The notes under the pieces: generated by a model | Told to the model about the DNA's origin: nothing | Databases searched by the model: none | What the model saw: only the letters and a program-made list of their open reading frames with translations | Shown here: positions 1 to 9,239 of the stretch, piece after piece | Numbering within the stretch: position 1 is the first letter of the stretch | Layout of the letters: each line of letters opens with the position of its first letter | Made by a program: the position numbers and the translations under genes | NCBI GenBank assembly: GCA_024640705.1 | Contig: JAHEEJ010000002.1 | Coordinates: 1-37,710, forward strand | Origin: Deltaproteobacteria bacterium | Lineage (GTDB): Bacteria; Myxococcota_A; UBA9160; SMWR01 | DNA length: 37,710 bases | Direction: 5' to 3'

Positions 1-1598
1 CCCGTGAGAGCGAGCGTCGATTCGAACTCCTCCGCGACGACCTTCGTAGCGCCGGCCCTCTCGAGCTCGTCGACTTCGAGGACGTAGCGCGTGCGCGCGT
101 AGATCGGGATCGCGGGCGCGAGCGACCGCGCAAGAGTCACGACCTCGCGCGTTCCAATCGGATCCGAGATCGCCACCGCAATCAGCCGCGCGTCTGCAAT
201 GCCGATCCTCTGGAGGATCGAGTGGCGCGTAGCATCGCCGTAGAGGACGGGCTCGCCGCGGCTCCGAGCCGCCGCCACCGACACCGCGTTGCTATCCAGC
301 GCGACGTACGCGATCCCCCGCGCCTTGAGTACGCGTGCGAGGTTCTGCCCGGCCAGGCCAAATCCCACCAGGATCACGTGATTCCGGAACATCTCGACGA
401 CATCCTCGGCCGCGCGCCGCGGCGCGCGCTCTGCACGACGATCCAGGAAACGCGCGACGCGCGGAGCCACACCCACGAGGAACGGCGTCGCGACCAGCGT
501 TGCAATCGAGCCCGCGACGAAGACCTGACGAAGCCCCGCGTTGAGCAGCCCTGCATCCGAGGCGGCTGCGGCGAGAACGAACGAAAACTCACCTGTTTGC
601 GCGAGTGTCAGTCCGGTGAGCACGCCGAGCCGGACCCCCTGACGCAGCGCAATGGCGACGATCGCCACGATGAAACTCGCCTTCAGCGCGACGACGCAGA
701 CGAAGTAGGCCGCGACTCCCGCGAGGTTTTCGAGTGCAACCGCCGGGTCGAAGAGCATCCCCACCGCGGTGAAGAAGACGCCGAGCAGGAGGCCCCGCAG
801 CGGCACCACCTCGGCGAAGAGCTGGTGGGCGTAGGGCGAAGCCGAAAGCACGAGCCCGCCCGCGAAGGCCCCGACCGCCAGAGTGAGCCCGATCTGTTCC
901 GCGAAGACCGCCGAGCCCACGACTGCGAGCAGCGCCACCATGGTAAAGATCTCGCGCGAGCGCAGGTGGGCGGCGCGATCCAGCAGGTAGGGAAACGCAA
1001 ATCGCGCCACGAGAAAGAACGCGATCAGCCCCGCGAGGGAACGTGCGAGGTCGAGCGCGACGTCCGCGACATCGCCCGTGCTACCCGCGGCCAGAATCGA
1101 CACTCCGAGCATCAAGGGCACGACACAGAGGTCCTGGAACAGCAGGATTCCCACGGCGAGCTGCCCCTGCGGCGCGTCGATCTCGCCACGCTCGGAGAGG
1201 ATTCGCATCACGAGCGCCGTGCTCGACATCGCGACGAGCCCGCCCATGACAAGCGCAGCGGGAAGGTCGAGTCCCATCGCGATTGCAATCAAAGCAACGC
1301 ACGCGAGTGTCGCGGCGACCTGGAGCCCTCCACCGAAAAGGGCCAGTCGCCACAATTTCCGCAGCCGTTCGAGCGGCAGCTCGAGGCCGATTTCGAAAAG
1401 GAGGAAGACGACGCCGAGTTCGGCGAGGGCGCGCACGCGATCAGGCTGCCCGATCAACCCCAATCCACCGGGGCCAACCAACGCGCCCATCACGAGAAAC
1501 CCCGCAATCGCCGGCAACCGCAGCCGCTCGAAGATTGCGACTCCTGCCGTTGCCACGGCAAGCAAAACGAGGAGTTCGATGAGAAACTGCGGGTCCAA
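1..1598 (-). CDS. Kef-type (CPA2) monovalent cation:proton antiporter with C-terminal RCK/TrkA-N domain; the 3' end runs off the left edge of the window
   Basis: The minus-strand frame is open from position 1 up to an in-frame TGA at 1725-1727. It is absent from the ORF track because it has no stop inside the window. My translation from 1598 reads (TTG)DPQFLIELLVLLAVATAGVAIFERLRLPAIAGFLVMGALVGPGGLGLIGQPDRVRALAELGVVFLLFEIGLELPLERLRKLW, which is colinear with the KefC N-terminus. Around 300-380 it reads HVILVGFGLAGQNLARVLKARGIAYVALD (Rossmann GxGxxG of TrkA-N). At the left edge it reads RAGATKVVAEEFESTLALT. I checked the frame at three points. There is no in-frame ATG or GTG, so I take the TTG at 1598 as the start. 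Confidence 0.8.
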   Translation of the reverse strand, partial: MDPQFLIELLVLLAVATAGVAIFERLRLPAIAGFLVMGALVGPGGLGLIGQPDRVRALAELGVVFLLFEIGLELPLERLRKLWRLALFGGGLQVAATLACVALIAIAMGLDLPAALVMGGLVAMSSTALVMRILSERGEIDAPQGQLAVGILLFQDLCVVPLMLGVSILAAGSTGDVADVALDLARSLAGLIAFFLVARFAFPYLLDRAAHLRSREIFTMVALLAVVGSAVFAEQIGLTLAVGAFAGGLVLSASPYAHQLFAEVVPLRGLLLGVFFTAVGMLFDPAVALENLAGVAAYFVCVVALKASFIVAIVAIALRQGVRLGVLTGLTLAQTGEFSFVLAAAASDAGLLNAGLRQVFVAGSIATLVATPFLVGVAPRVARFLDRRAERAPRRAAEDVVEMFRNHVILVGFGLAGQNLARVLKARGIAYVALDSNAVSVAAARSRGEPVLYGDATRHSILQRIGIADARLIAVAISDPIGTREVVTLARSLAPAIPIYARTRYVLEVDELERAGATKVVAEEFESTLALT

Positions 1599-2135
1599 GA
1601 ACTCATGGTAACCCGCACCCGCACAACCGCCGCTGGGAGCGAGATCCGACCCAAACCCACGGCTCAGCAGGCGAACGCCGTGCGCACCCCAAGAGCTTGC
1701 AATCGGTGAGCTCAGCCACGCTGTTCACGAGAGAAAAGGGAAATCAAGTTGCGTCTTCGACAATCACCGCTCACAGGCGCTCCGCTCCGTGGACAGAAGC
1801 GTGGGAAGCTGCCCCGCCCTGGGCGGTATTCGCGCCAGGCGGTTTTTGCGAGACCCCAGACAGGCGCATGCCAGGTCGAAAAAATCAAGGCGCTCGGATC
1901 GCAACCCGTCGAACGCGATCTTCTTTGGATTCGTGGTTCAGCAGTCCAGCGGACCACTTTCGGGCTGAAAATGCACCGAACTTCGCAGGGTTGTCGTGTG
2001 CCAATCCCGCAATCCCAGCGAGATTCGCAGCTGGAACCGGGATGCGAGACGGCTCGACCCACCGATTCCCCGCGGGAGAGGATCGGTAGCGCACCCCTTG
2101 CAAAGCCGGCCCGACGCGCCCACGATCCCCCTTCG

Positions 2136-3890
2136 ATGGCCGACCCCCTGACCCTGCAACGCGAGGCCGCCTCTGCACTGCCGCAGCGCTACAAGCTGCG
2201 CAGCGGCGAAGGTGAACCGACCCACCTCGTCTGTGACGAAGCGCCCCGACTGAAGGTGCAGGTGCGCCGCGACTTCGCCTTCTCGCTCGCCGAAGCGAAG
2301 GAGCTCGGCGAACGCGTCATCTTGCTGGATGGCGCGGGCACGTTCGGCCCGCTGCTCGACAACAAGCGACGCCTCTACAACCTCGACCACCACCAGGAAT
2401 GCGAGCGCACATTCACCCTCGCCACCTGCGAGCAGGCGCTGCTGATGGTGACCAGCGGTCTCGCGCTGGGCGAAGGCGATTGGCGGATCTTCGCGAACGA
2501 ACCCGACCTCGACACCGTGCTGGCGCTCTGGTGCCTGCTCAACCATGTCCGTTTGAAGGACCTACGCGCCGAAGCGCGCGACATCCTCTATCCGCTGATG
2601 CGCCTCGAAGGGGCGATCGACGCCAACGGCACCGAACTCGCCGAAGTCTGCGGCTTGCCGAAGGCCGTCTACGAGAAGACGCGCAGACGCATCGACGACC
2701 TGCTCGAACGCGAAAAGCACGTGAAGGGCGGCGGCGATTGGCAGACCCTCGACCTCGAGGCCTACACAGCCCAGATGCTCGGCGCGGTCGACCGGCTGAT
2801 CTACTCGGTCGAAGACTTCCGCGGTTACGCGAGCATCGACGAAGTATACGGGCACGTGGAAATTGGCGAGCGCGGCGTCGCCATACTCTGTCGCGACGAC
2901 TCGGGTATCTACGCCGTCGAGAAGCTGCTGAAGGAGCGTTGGGGCGAGCAGCTCGGGGTGATTGCACTCGAGCGCGAACCGGGCCACTACACACTGCGGC
3001 GCGCGTCCACGCTCTCGGATTTCGATCTGAACGACGCCTACCGTCTGCTCAACCAGCTCGATCGAAACGTCGACGGCCGCCCGCCCGGCAAGCGCTGGGG
3101 TGGCTCGGAAAGCATCGGAGGCTCGCCGCGCGTGGGTGGCAGCGCGTTTGGCCCGAGTGAATTGTTGCGCGTACTCGGCCAGGCCTTCGAGCCGGTCAAT
3201 CGCTGGCAGCGTCTCCAGACTTCGATCCAGGCGACGTGGCTCGTGGCATTGCTCGTCGGGCTCGGCGTCGCTGCCGGTGCCGCGGTGCTACCCAGGCTCG
3301 GTCAGGGTGCAGCCACTGCCGCGGGAGCGGTGATCTTGTTGCTAGGCAGTGCTCTCGCTGCGCATAACGCTTCGGAGCGCCGCATTTGGTTGTACGGCTG
3401 GCGAAAGCCCGGTGGCGCACGATGGCTGCTGCCAGCCGTGTTCGCTGCGTTGCTGGCCGTCCCGCTGCGAGGCCTCTTCCCCGCTCCGGATGCCTTCACA
3501 CCCGAAGCTGTCGTCTTGACGATCGGCAGCATCGCGCTGTTGGTTCTCGCGCTCGAAGCCTGCTTCCGCGGGCTCGTTTATGGGCTGTTGCTGCGTCACT
3601 CGCGCTTGCCCGGCCCGGAAGATCCCGTTCAGATCACCTACCCGGCAGCCGTCTCGGCGCTGCTGTACGCGATCGTTGTCACGGGCCTCTGCCTGCTCGC
3701 CATCTGGAGCGACTCCCAACCGCTGCTGGCGCCCCTCGACGAGACCGGACTCGTCTTCCTCGCGAGCTTCGGCGCGGGCCTGCTGCTCGCGCGCGTGCGC
3801 GAGCGCTCGCTCTCGATCTGGCCCGGCGCGGCCGCGCAATTGCTGGGCGGCATCGCGTCTGCGGTCTTGTTCGCTCTCCTTCTCCGCTGA
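2136..3890 (+). CDS. Hypothetical two-domain membrane protein: N-terminal soluble DHH-like domain plus C-terminal polytopic domain resembling a degenerate CPBP (CAAX-protease-like) fold
   Basis: ATG at 2136 (MADPLTLQ...) is in frame with track ORF 1749..3890. The upstream part of that ORF is Arg/Pro-rich junk. The N-terminal ~380 aa contain ILLDGAG, LYNLDHHQ and NEPDLD in the order of DHH motifs, and RWGGSESIGGSPR sits where DHHA1 has GGGH. The C-terminal ~190 aa have at least 5 hydrophobic helices. LEACFRGLVYG resembles CPBP motif 1 (EExxxR). SALLYAIVV and WPGAAAQLLGG sit where the CPBP His motifs would be. No clear SD, so the start is uncertain. Confidence 0.6.
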   Translation: MADPLTLQREAASALPQRYKLRSGEGEPTHLVCDEAPRLKVQVRRDFAFSLAEAKELGERVILLDGAGTFGPLLDNKRRLYNLDHHQECERTFTLATCEQALLMVTSGLALGEGDWRIFANEPDLDTVLALWCLLNHVRLKDLRAEARDILYPLMRLEGAIDANGTELAEVCGLPKAVYEKTRRRIDDLLEREKHVKGGGDWQTLDLEAYTAQMLGAVDRLIYSVEDFRGYASIDEVYGHVEIGERGVAILCRDDSGIYAVEKLLKERWGEQLGVIALEREPGHYTLRRASTLSDFDLNDAYRLLNQLDRNVDGRPPGKRWGGSESIGGSPRVGGSAFGPSELLRVLGQAFEPVNRWQRLQTSIQATWLVALLVGLGVAAGAAVLPRLGQGAATAAGAVILLLGSALAAHNASERRIWLYGWRKPGGARWLLPAVFAALLAVPLRGLFPAPDAFTPEAVVLTIGSIALLVLALEACFRGLVYGLLLRHSRLPGPEDPVQITYPAAVSALLYAIVVTGLCLLAIWSDSQPLLAPLDETGLVFLASFGAGLLLARVRERSLSIWPGAAAQLLGGIASAVLFALLLR

Positions 3891-3930
3891 CGGATCCCAG
3901 CGGTACCCCGTTCGCGGCGTCTGGTTTCGC

Positions 3931-4872
3931 TCAGAACCGGAAGCCGGCATTCAGGCCGAGGATCAGGGCCGGATCGTAATTCCTTTCGAATATCCTGGCT
4001 CCGCCGTTCTGTTCCGACCGGATCTTGCCGCCGAGGGCCGTGCCGATCATGAATGAGAGATCCATCTTCGGAGTCGGTGAGATACCCGCGCGCACAAAGA
4101 TCGGAAAGCTTTGCTCCTGACCGATGCCCTCATCGATCGGACCCCGACGGTCGTCCAGCCGGTACCGGCGCTTCTGGAAGCTCCCACCGAGCGCAAACTG
4201 CCACGGGCCCGAGCGATAGGAAAGCACCGGACCAATCCCCGGGTAGGCCATCTCGGCGACGCCGAACTGGAATCGCCAGCCTTCCGCAAAGCGCCAGTCG
4301 ATCGTCGGGATCGGCATGATCGCGGCACTGTCCTCGAGCTGGGAGATGACGCCGAGGATCACACCCGTCGTCAGGTTCTCGTTCCACGTATAGTCGACGG
4401 CAAGGGCAGCGCCGCCCGTGAGCGTATCGCCGAAGTCGGCACCGCTTTCACCGGAGGTCCGGCCCAGGGCAAGCGCCACGAGCGTCCAATTCTCGCTGGC
4501 CTTCCAGCCGACTCCCATCAACAAACCCGCCTGATGGATGTCGTTCCAGACCAATTGTGCCGGGTCGTTGTTCTTCGAAAAGTCGTAGTAGCTGCCCTGG
4601 TAGGCGACGTTGCCAATCAGAAAGACGTCGTCGTTCAGCTGGAATCGGTGGCCTGCGATCAGCTGCACGGAGTCGCGGGACATCTCGGTCAGAGTGTCGT
4701 CGATGTCGGTTTTGAATTGGTGGGCGTAGTGAAGGCTCGCCCAACTGTCGGTGCCGTGGGCTCCGGTGACGATGGTGGGAATATCAAGCGCCTGCCCCCA
4801 GGCCGAGGACACCGAAATCGCAAGAAACGCAAAAGCCGTAACGATCGCGGAGAAACTACGTGCGGATGCCAT
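3931..4872 (-). CDS. Putative outer-membrane beta-barrel protein (signal peptide, C-terminal Phe)
   Basis: The internal ATG at 4872 is preceded by AAAGGAG (attgAAAGGAGtacttggATG). The N-terminus MASARSFSAIVTAFAFLAISVSSAWG|QA is a signal peptide. The body has an alternating amphipathic, Gly/aromatic-rich pattern. The C-terminus LGLNAGFRF is a typical OMP beta-signal. The longer track ORF (to 5043) adds an Arg-rich extension with no RBS. Confidence 0.7.
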   Translation of the reverse strand: MASARSFSAIVTAFAFLAISVSSAWGQALDIPTIVTGAHGTDSWASLHYAHQFKTDIDDTLTEMSRDSVQLIAGHRFQLNDDVFLIGNVAYQGSYYDFSKNNDPAQLVWNDIHQAGLLMGVGWKASENWTLVALALGRTSGESGADFGDTLTGGAALAVDYTWNENLTTGVILGVISQLEDSAAIMPIPTIDWRFAEGWRFQFGVAEMAYPGIGPVLSYRSGPWQFALGGSFQKRRYRLDDRRGPIDEGIGQEQSFPIFVRAGISPTPKMDLSFMIGTALGGKIRSEQNGGARIFERNYDPALILGLNAGFRF

Positions 4873-5073
4873 CCAAGTACTCCTTTCAATGACGGACTCA
4901 TCTGTCAAAGTCGAAATCGAGCGATAGGGTACTACACGTCGTCGAAACCCGTGAGGCCGCAAGGGCGTTTTCGTAGCGAAGGCTTGGGGTCTTCCATGCG
5001 GCCAATTCGCATTCCGCAGGTTCTCTTTCCTCCCGCGTTCCAATGCCGGGCGTTTGCTCTTCCTCTCGATGCG

Positions 5074-5991
5074 TCAAGATCTCAACTGACGGCTCACAGC
5101 CGCGGCGGTATCCGGGTCTCCGCGATCGATCCAGTGGATTTCGGTGCCGTTTCGTTCCATGCGGCGAAACCAGGTTTCCTGACGCTTTGCGTATTGGCCG
5201 ATCGCGTTCGCGAGCTTCTGGGTCAGGTCGTTCTTGTTCTTGATCGTTCCAGCCAGGTATTCGGAGACGTAGCGGTACTCGAGACCCAGGGAATGGAGCC
5301 TCTTACGCCTCACGCCGCGATCGAGAAGCTGCGCCACCTCCTCGATCAGTCCCTGGTCGAGGCGGTCCTTCAATCGCTGGAGGATGCGTGCGCGGAGTTC
5401 ACTTCGTTCCCAACGCGTGCCCAGGACGAGCGGCCGGATGTCGGGTGAGCGGGGCGGGGGGGTGTCCCGCAGATGGATCGCGATTTCGATCGCCCGAATC
5501 ATTCGCGCGCGCTCGGTGAGGTCGGTGGTGTTGTGGAGCTTCGGCTTGAGCGAACGGAGCGTAAGCGCGAGTGCAGCGTCCGAATAGTTCGCCAGCTCGC
5601 GCCGCAGGCCGCCATTCTCGGGTGTTTCGACCATGCGGAATCGTTGGAGAACAGCGTCCAGATAGAGGCCCGTCCCGCCTACGGCGACCGGCAGAATCGC
5701 GCGCGACGTCAGCTGCTCAAAAACGGCATAGAAATCGCGCTGGTACATGTACGCGTTGTATTCCGTATCCAGGTCGACGATGTCGATCAGGTGATAGGGA
5801 ATGGCACGGCCGTCCACGTTGTACTCGGTCAGGTCTTTTCCAGATCCAATATCCAGCCCCCGATAGACCTGCCGCGAATCCACAGAGAGGATCTCTCCAC
5901 CCAACTCGGCCGCAAGCGCGACGCCCAGGTGGGTCTTCCCCGAGGCTGTCGGTCCGAGAATGACCAGGGTGTTGAAGGCTGCCGATCCCAC
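5074..5991 (-). CDS. miaA: tRNA dimethylallyltransferase (isopentenyl transferase family)
   Basis: P-loop LVILGPTASGKTHLGVALA, followed by SVDSRQVYRGLDIGSGK and PYHLIDIVD. This is the MiaA/IPT signature order, and the length (~305 aa) fits. Confidence 0.85.
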   Translation of the reverse strand: MGSAAFNTLVILGPTASGKTHLGVALAAELGGEILSVDSRQVYRGLDIGSGKDLTEYNVDGRAIPYHLIDIVDLDTEYNAYMYQRDFYAVFEQLTSRAILPVAVGGTGLYLDAVLQRFRMVETPENGGLRRELANYSDAALALTLRSLKPKLHNTTDLTERARMIRAIEIAIHLRDTPPPRSPDIRPLVLGTRWERSELRARILQRLKDRLDQGLIEEVAQLLDRGVRRKRLHSLGLEYRYVSEYLAGTIKNKNDLTQKLANAIGQYAKRQETWFRRMERNGTEIHWIDRGDPDTAAAVSRQLRS

Positions 5992-6076
5992 ACGACCATG
6001 GTACCGGGGTGAAAAAGCGCCTCCAGTGAGGGCGCTTCGTCCTCGCCGCGCCGAGCGCGGCTCGCACGCGCCCCGG

Positions 6077-7435
6077 TCAGCGTCCAGTCAATTCGTCGGC
6101 CGCCTTCCCAAGCACTTCGGCGTGACGGTCGACGTCGGCGCTCGTGGTGGCTGGCGACATCAGCGCCATGTTGTGAAAGGGCGTGATCAGCACGCCGCGG
6201 TTGAGCATGTAGAGGTGGATGAAGGGGTCGAGTTGCTCGTCCTGCCCGGCCGCCGCCTCCGCGCCATTTCTCGCCACTGCGTGGCGGAAGAGATACTCGA
6301 CGCGGCAACCCAGGCGCACCACGTGCCAGGGCAGTTCGCGGCTGGCGATGACGTCTTGCACACCGCGCTCGAAGCGCTCGCCCAGCTCGATCATGCGCAC
6401 GAAGGCGGCGTCGGTGAGTACCTGTCCGAGGGTGGCGCGCATGGCAGCCAGCGACAGCGCATTGCCGGCGAGGGTGCCGCCGATGCCGCCCCCATCGGCG
6501 TTGCGGTATTCGGGGTCGGCGTAGATCCGCTCGACGATCGCGGCGGAGAGGCCGTACGCCGCGCACGGCACGCCGGCGCCGAGGGTCTTGCCGATGGTCA
6601 CGAAGTCGGGCTGCAGGTTCCACAACTGGGTGCAGCCGCCCGGACCGGCGCTGATGGTGTGGGTCTCGTCCATCACGAGCAGCGTGCCGTACTTCGTGCA
6701 CAGCTCTCGCACCGCCTCGTGGTAGCCGGGCTCCGGCAGCACGATGCCGATGTTCGTGAGCACCGGTTCGAACAGGCAGGCCGCCACGTCGCCCTGGGCC
6801 AACGCGGCCTCGAGCCCATCGAGATCGTTGATCTCCACCACGCGCGTCGTCTGATCGAGCGCCACCGGGGCGCCCACGTTGCCGTCTCGCGGAACGGTGC
6901 GGCCTTGCTCGTCGAGGTTGACGATGGTCTCGTCGACGGTGCCGTGGTAGCACCAGTTGTGCACCACGATCTTCGTGCGGCCCGTGATGGAACGCGCCCA
7001 ACGGATGACGAATCGGTTGGCGTCGGTGGCCGTCAGCGCGAACTGCCAGTACGGGAGCCCGAAGCGCCGCGTCATTTCGCGGCCGACCCAGGCGGCGTCC
7101 TCGGTGGGCAGCATCAGGGTGATGCCCTTGGCGGACTGTGCGGCCACCGCGTCCACGGCGAACTTGGGGGCGTGGCCCGCCATGCCGCCCGTGTCGCCCA
7201 GACAGAAGTCCACGAACTCGTTTCCATCGACGTCCCAGAAGCGCGCACCCTCGGCGCGATCCACGAACAGCGGGTAGTCGCCGGGCCAGCGCGCCATCCA
7301 GTTCATCGGAACGCCGTACAACAGCGAACTCTTCGCGTCCTCGAAGAGCTTTCCCGATTGCGGGTGCCGCTCACGAAAACTCTGCCGCTCGCGCTGCATC
7401 AGCTCGTTCAAATGAGTTCGGTCGATGTTTTTCAC
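6077..7435 (-). CDS. Class III PLP-dependent aminotransferase (glutamate-1-semialdehyde aminomutase-like subfamily)
   Basis: Track ORF 6077..7504. The GTG at 7435 is preceded by GGAG (cgaGGAGaagcgagcGTG). Motifs: FCLGDTGGMAGH, LVMDETHT, TIGKTLGAG (candidate PLP lysine). Length ~450 aa. Confidence 0.85.
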   Translation of the reverse strand: MKNIDRTHLNELMQRERQSFRERHPQSGKLFEDAKSSLLYGVPMNWMARWPGDYPLFVDRAEGARFWDVDGNEFVDFCLGDTGGMAGHAPKFAVDAVAAQSAKGITLMLPTEDAAWVGREMTRRFGLPYWQFALTATDANRFVIRWARSITGRTKIVVHNWCYHGTVDETIVNLDEQGRTVPRDGNVGAPVALDQTTRVVEINDLDGLEAALAQGDVAACLFEPVLTNIGIVLPEPGYHEAVRELCTKYGTLLVMDETHTISAGPGGCTQLWNLQPDFVTIGKTLGAGVPCAAYGLSAAIVERIYADPEYRNADGGGIGGTLAGNALSLAAMRATLGQVLTDAAFVRMIELGERFERGVQDVIASRELPWHVVRLGCRVEYLFRHAVARNGAEAAAGQDEQLDPFIHLYMLNRGVLITPFHNMALMSPATTSADVDRHAEVLGKAADELTGR

Positions 7436-7875
7436 GCTCGCTTCTCCTCGTTCCGCTCTTGTCCGTTGGGAGTGGGGAATACCCCTGAGTTCGCACCCGC
7501 GCAACTCGCTTGATCAAATAAGATTGGACACGGCGATCGAATGCGAGTCGAAGCGTCTTCGAAGAACCCGGCCGGTTCAAACAGGAGAGGCGTCTATACA
7601 GATCCGCCTAATTTGAATCTGACACACGATCAGGCGGAAGGACTTCCTTCTCTCCCCTTCCCTGGCATCCCCGAAGATCTCTTCTGCTGATAGCGCTGCT
7701 TGAATTCTTTTTGGCGCCCTTTGCACGCGTCATTCACGGCATCGCCTGTCGTGTCGGTAGGCCGCTTTTTGGCTGATGGGAAAATAAGTTCAGTTTCCCT
7801 CGGTGCCCGATGCGAGGCGCCCCCTTCGAGCAGCGCAGAATCGCGTCACGAGGATCCCGCGCTGCCACGCGCTGC

Positions 7876-9009
7876 TCAGAGATTGATGTGCACCATTTGC
7901 GCCGGCGGGAATCCATTGAACCAGGTCGATGATGCGGTGCTGTAGGCGCCGATGTTCTCGGAGTAGACGAGATCGTCGATCGCAAGCTTCGGCAGGTCTT
8001 CCGCATGGGAGATCGTGTCGAGACCGTCGCAAGTCTGCCCAAATACGGTACAGATCTCCGTTTCGCCCTGTTTGAAAGCGCGCAAGCGGTACCGGCAGTG
8101 ATCCAAGATGACACCGCTGAAGGTGTGATACACGCTGTCGTCGATGTAGTAACACTGCTTTCCATTCCTGACACCGACACCGATCACGCGCGCGACGCAC
8201 GCGGCTGCCGTGGCGACCAGGAAGCGGCCCGGTTCGGCCAGGATGTGCAGATCCTTCGGGAAGAGCCGGTCGATCTCGTGGTTGATCTTTCGGGCCAGTT
8301 GCGCGAAGGGCTTGACGTGTTCGTCGTACGGCGCCGGGAATCCTCCCCCGATGTCGATGCTCTTCAGCTCGTGGCCGCGAGAACGCGCCTCCTGCATCAC
8401 GGCAGCGGCGATGTTCAGCGCCTGCACGAAGTTCTCGAAATTGGTGCACTGGCTTCCCACGTGGAAGCTGAGCCCTTCCACCACCAACCCGAGGCGGCCG
8501 GCCTCCGAGATGAGATCGGCTGCGTCGCCCGGATCGCAACCGAATTTCGAGGAGAGTTCCACCATCGATCCGGTGTTGGGCACCTGAAGGCGCAACACCA
8601 GCCCGGCGTGCGGCGCGTATTGCTGGATCTTCTCGAGTTCGACGGGGTTGTCGAAGACGACCAGCGGCTTGTATTGATCGAGGGCCAGCAGCGTTTGCTT
8701 GGGTTTGATCGGATTGGCGTAGATGATCTTGTCCCAGATGTAATCCTGCTGATCGGCAGCCGATAGATCCCGAATGTTGTCGTAGACGAGCATGAACTCC
8801 GGCATCGACGCAACGTCGAAACCGGCGCCCGCTCGATAGAGCGTTTGCAGGATCTCGGGTGCGGGGTTCGCCTTCACCGCGTAGTAGACCTGCACCCTCG
8901 GGAGATGCTTCTTGAATGTCTCGTAGTTCTGGCGGATTGCGTCGTGGTCGACCACCACCACGGGGGTTCCGTGTTTGTGGGCGAGGCCTTGCAAGAGCTT
9001 CGCGTCCAT
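7876..9009 (-). CDS. Fold-type III PLP decarboxylase, ornithine/lysine decarboxylase (eukaryotic-ODC-like) family
   Basis: YAVKANP (PLP-Lys motif), HVGSQ, IDIGGGFP, LAEPGRFLVA, GQTCDGLD. This is the Orn/DAP/Arg decarboxylase family 2 motif order. A GGGAG SD lies upstream of the ATG at 9009. Confidence 0.85.
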   Translation of the reverse strand: MDAKLLQGLAHKHGTPVVVVDHDAIRQNYETFKKHLPRVQVYYAVKANPAPEILQTLYRAGAGFDVASMPEFMLVYDNIRDLSAADQQDYIWDKIIYANPIKPKQTLLALDQYKPLVVFDNPVELEKIQQYAPHAGLVLRLQVPNTGSMVELSSKFGCDPGDAADLISEAGRLGLVVEGLSFHVGSQCTNFENFVQALNIAAAVMQEARSRGHELKSIDIGGGFPAPYDEHVKPFAQLARKINHEIDRLFPKDLHILAEPGRFLVATAAACVARVIGVGVRNGKQCYYIDDSVYHTFSGVILDHCRYRLRAFKQGETEICTVFGQTCDGLDTISHAEDLPKLAIDDLVYSENIGAYSTASSTWFNGFPPAQMVHINL

Positions 9010-9239
9010 GAGCTTCGTCGCTCCCAGCGGTCCCGCGTGCGCGGGCTAGCTAAGGATATCGCTCGGGAGCCGCACCGTCGCGCCAGGGCCCGGGGTGGCT
9101 CGGCCGTCGAAGCCGGCCCGCTGGACGGGTGCATCATCGCTGGGTGACCGCATGGTGACCCTCTCGCCGGCAAGCCGGCGCCAGCCTGTTCGGTGCAGCT
9201 GGCCGATGGCCCACCCCGCCAGTAACGGCGCTGCGCGGG

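Noticed and set aside
222-1709. 495-aa plus-strand ORF, the longest in this region of the track
   Set aside because: Its translation is an Arg/His/Glu/Asp-rich string with no hydrophobic core. It lies exactly antisense to a well-formed Kef/TrkA-N reading frame, so it is a typical high-GC shadow ORF.
5829-7513. ORFs 5960..7513 (+, 517 aa) and 5829..7001 (-, 390 aa)
   Set aside because: These are an antisense frame and an alternate frame of the class III aminotransferase, whose own frame carries clear PLP-enzyme motifs. Their composition is Arg/Gly/His-rich.
7701-7719. TGAATTCTTTTTGGCGCCC, partly resembling the conserved tad upstream box
   Set aside because: It needs a gap to align and lacks the ACAGG flank. 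There is no sigma-54 -24/-12 element at the 146-bp offset, nor anywhere else in this spacer.
7712-7725. TGGCGC-CC-TTTGCA, a sigma-54-like sequence on the plus strand
   Set aside because: The GG-to-GC spacing is 2 nt too short relative to TGGCAC-N5-TTGC. It also points away from any credible plus-strand gene.
9032-9045. CCCGCG-TG-CGCGGG palindrome upstream of the decarboxylase SD
   Set aside because: Short GC palindromes are expected by chance in DNA of this composition, and nothing else supports an operator or riboswitch.
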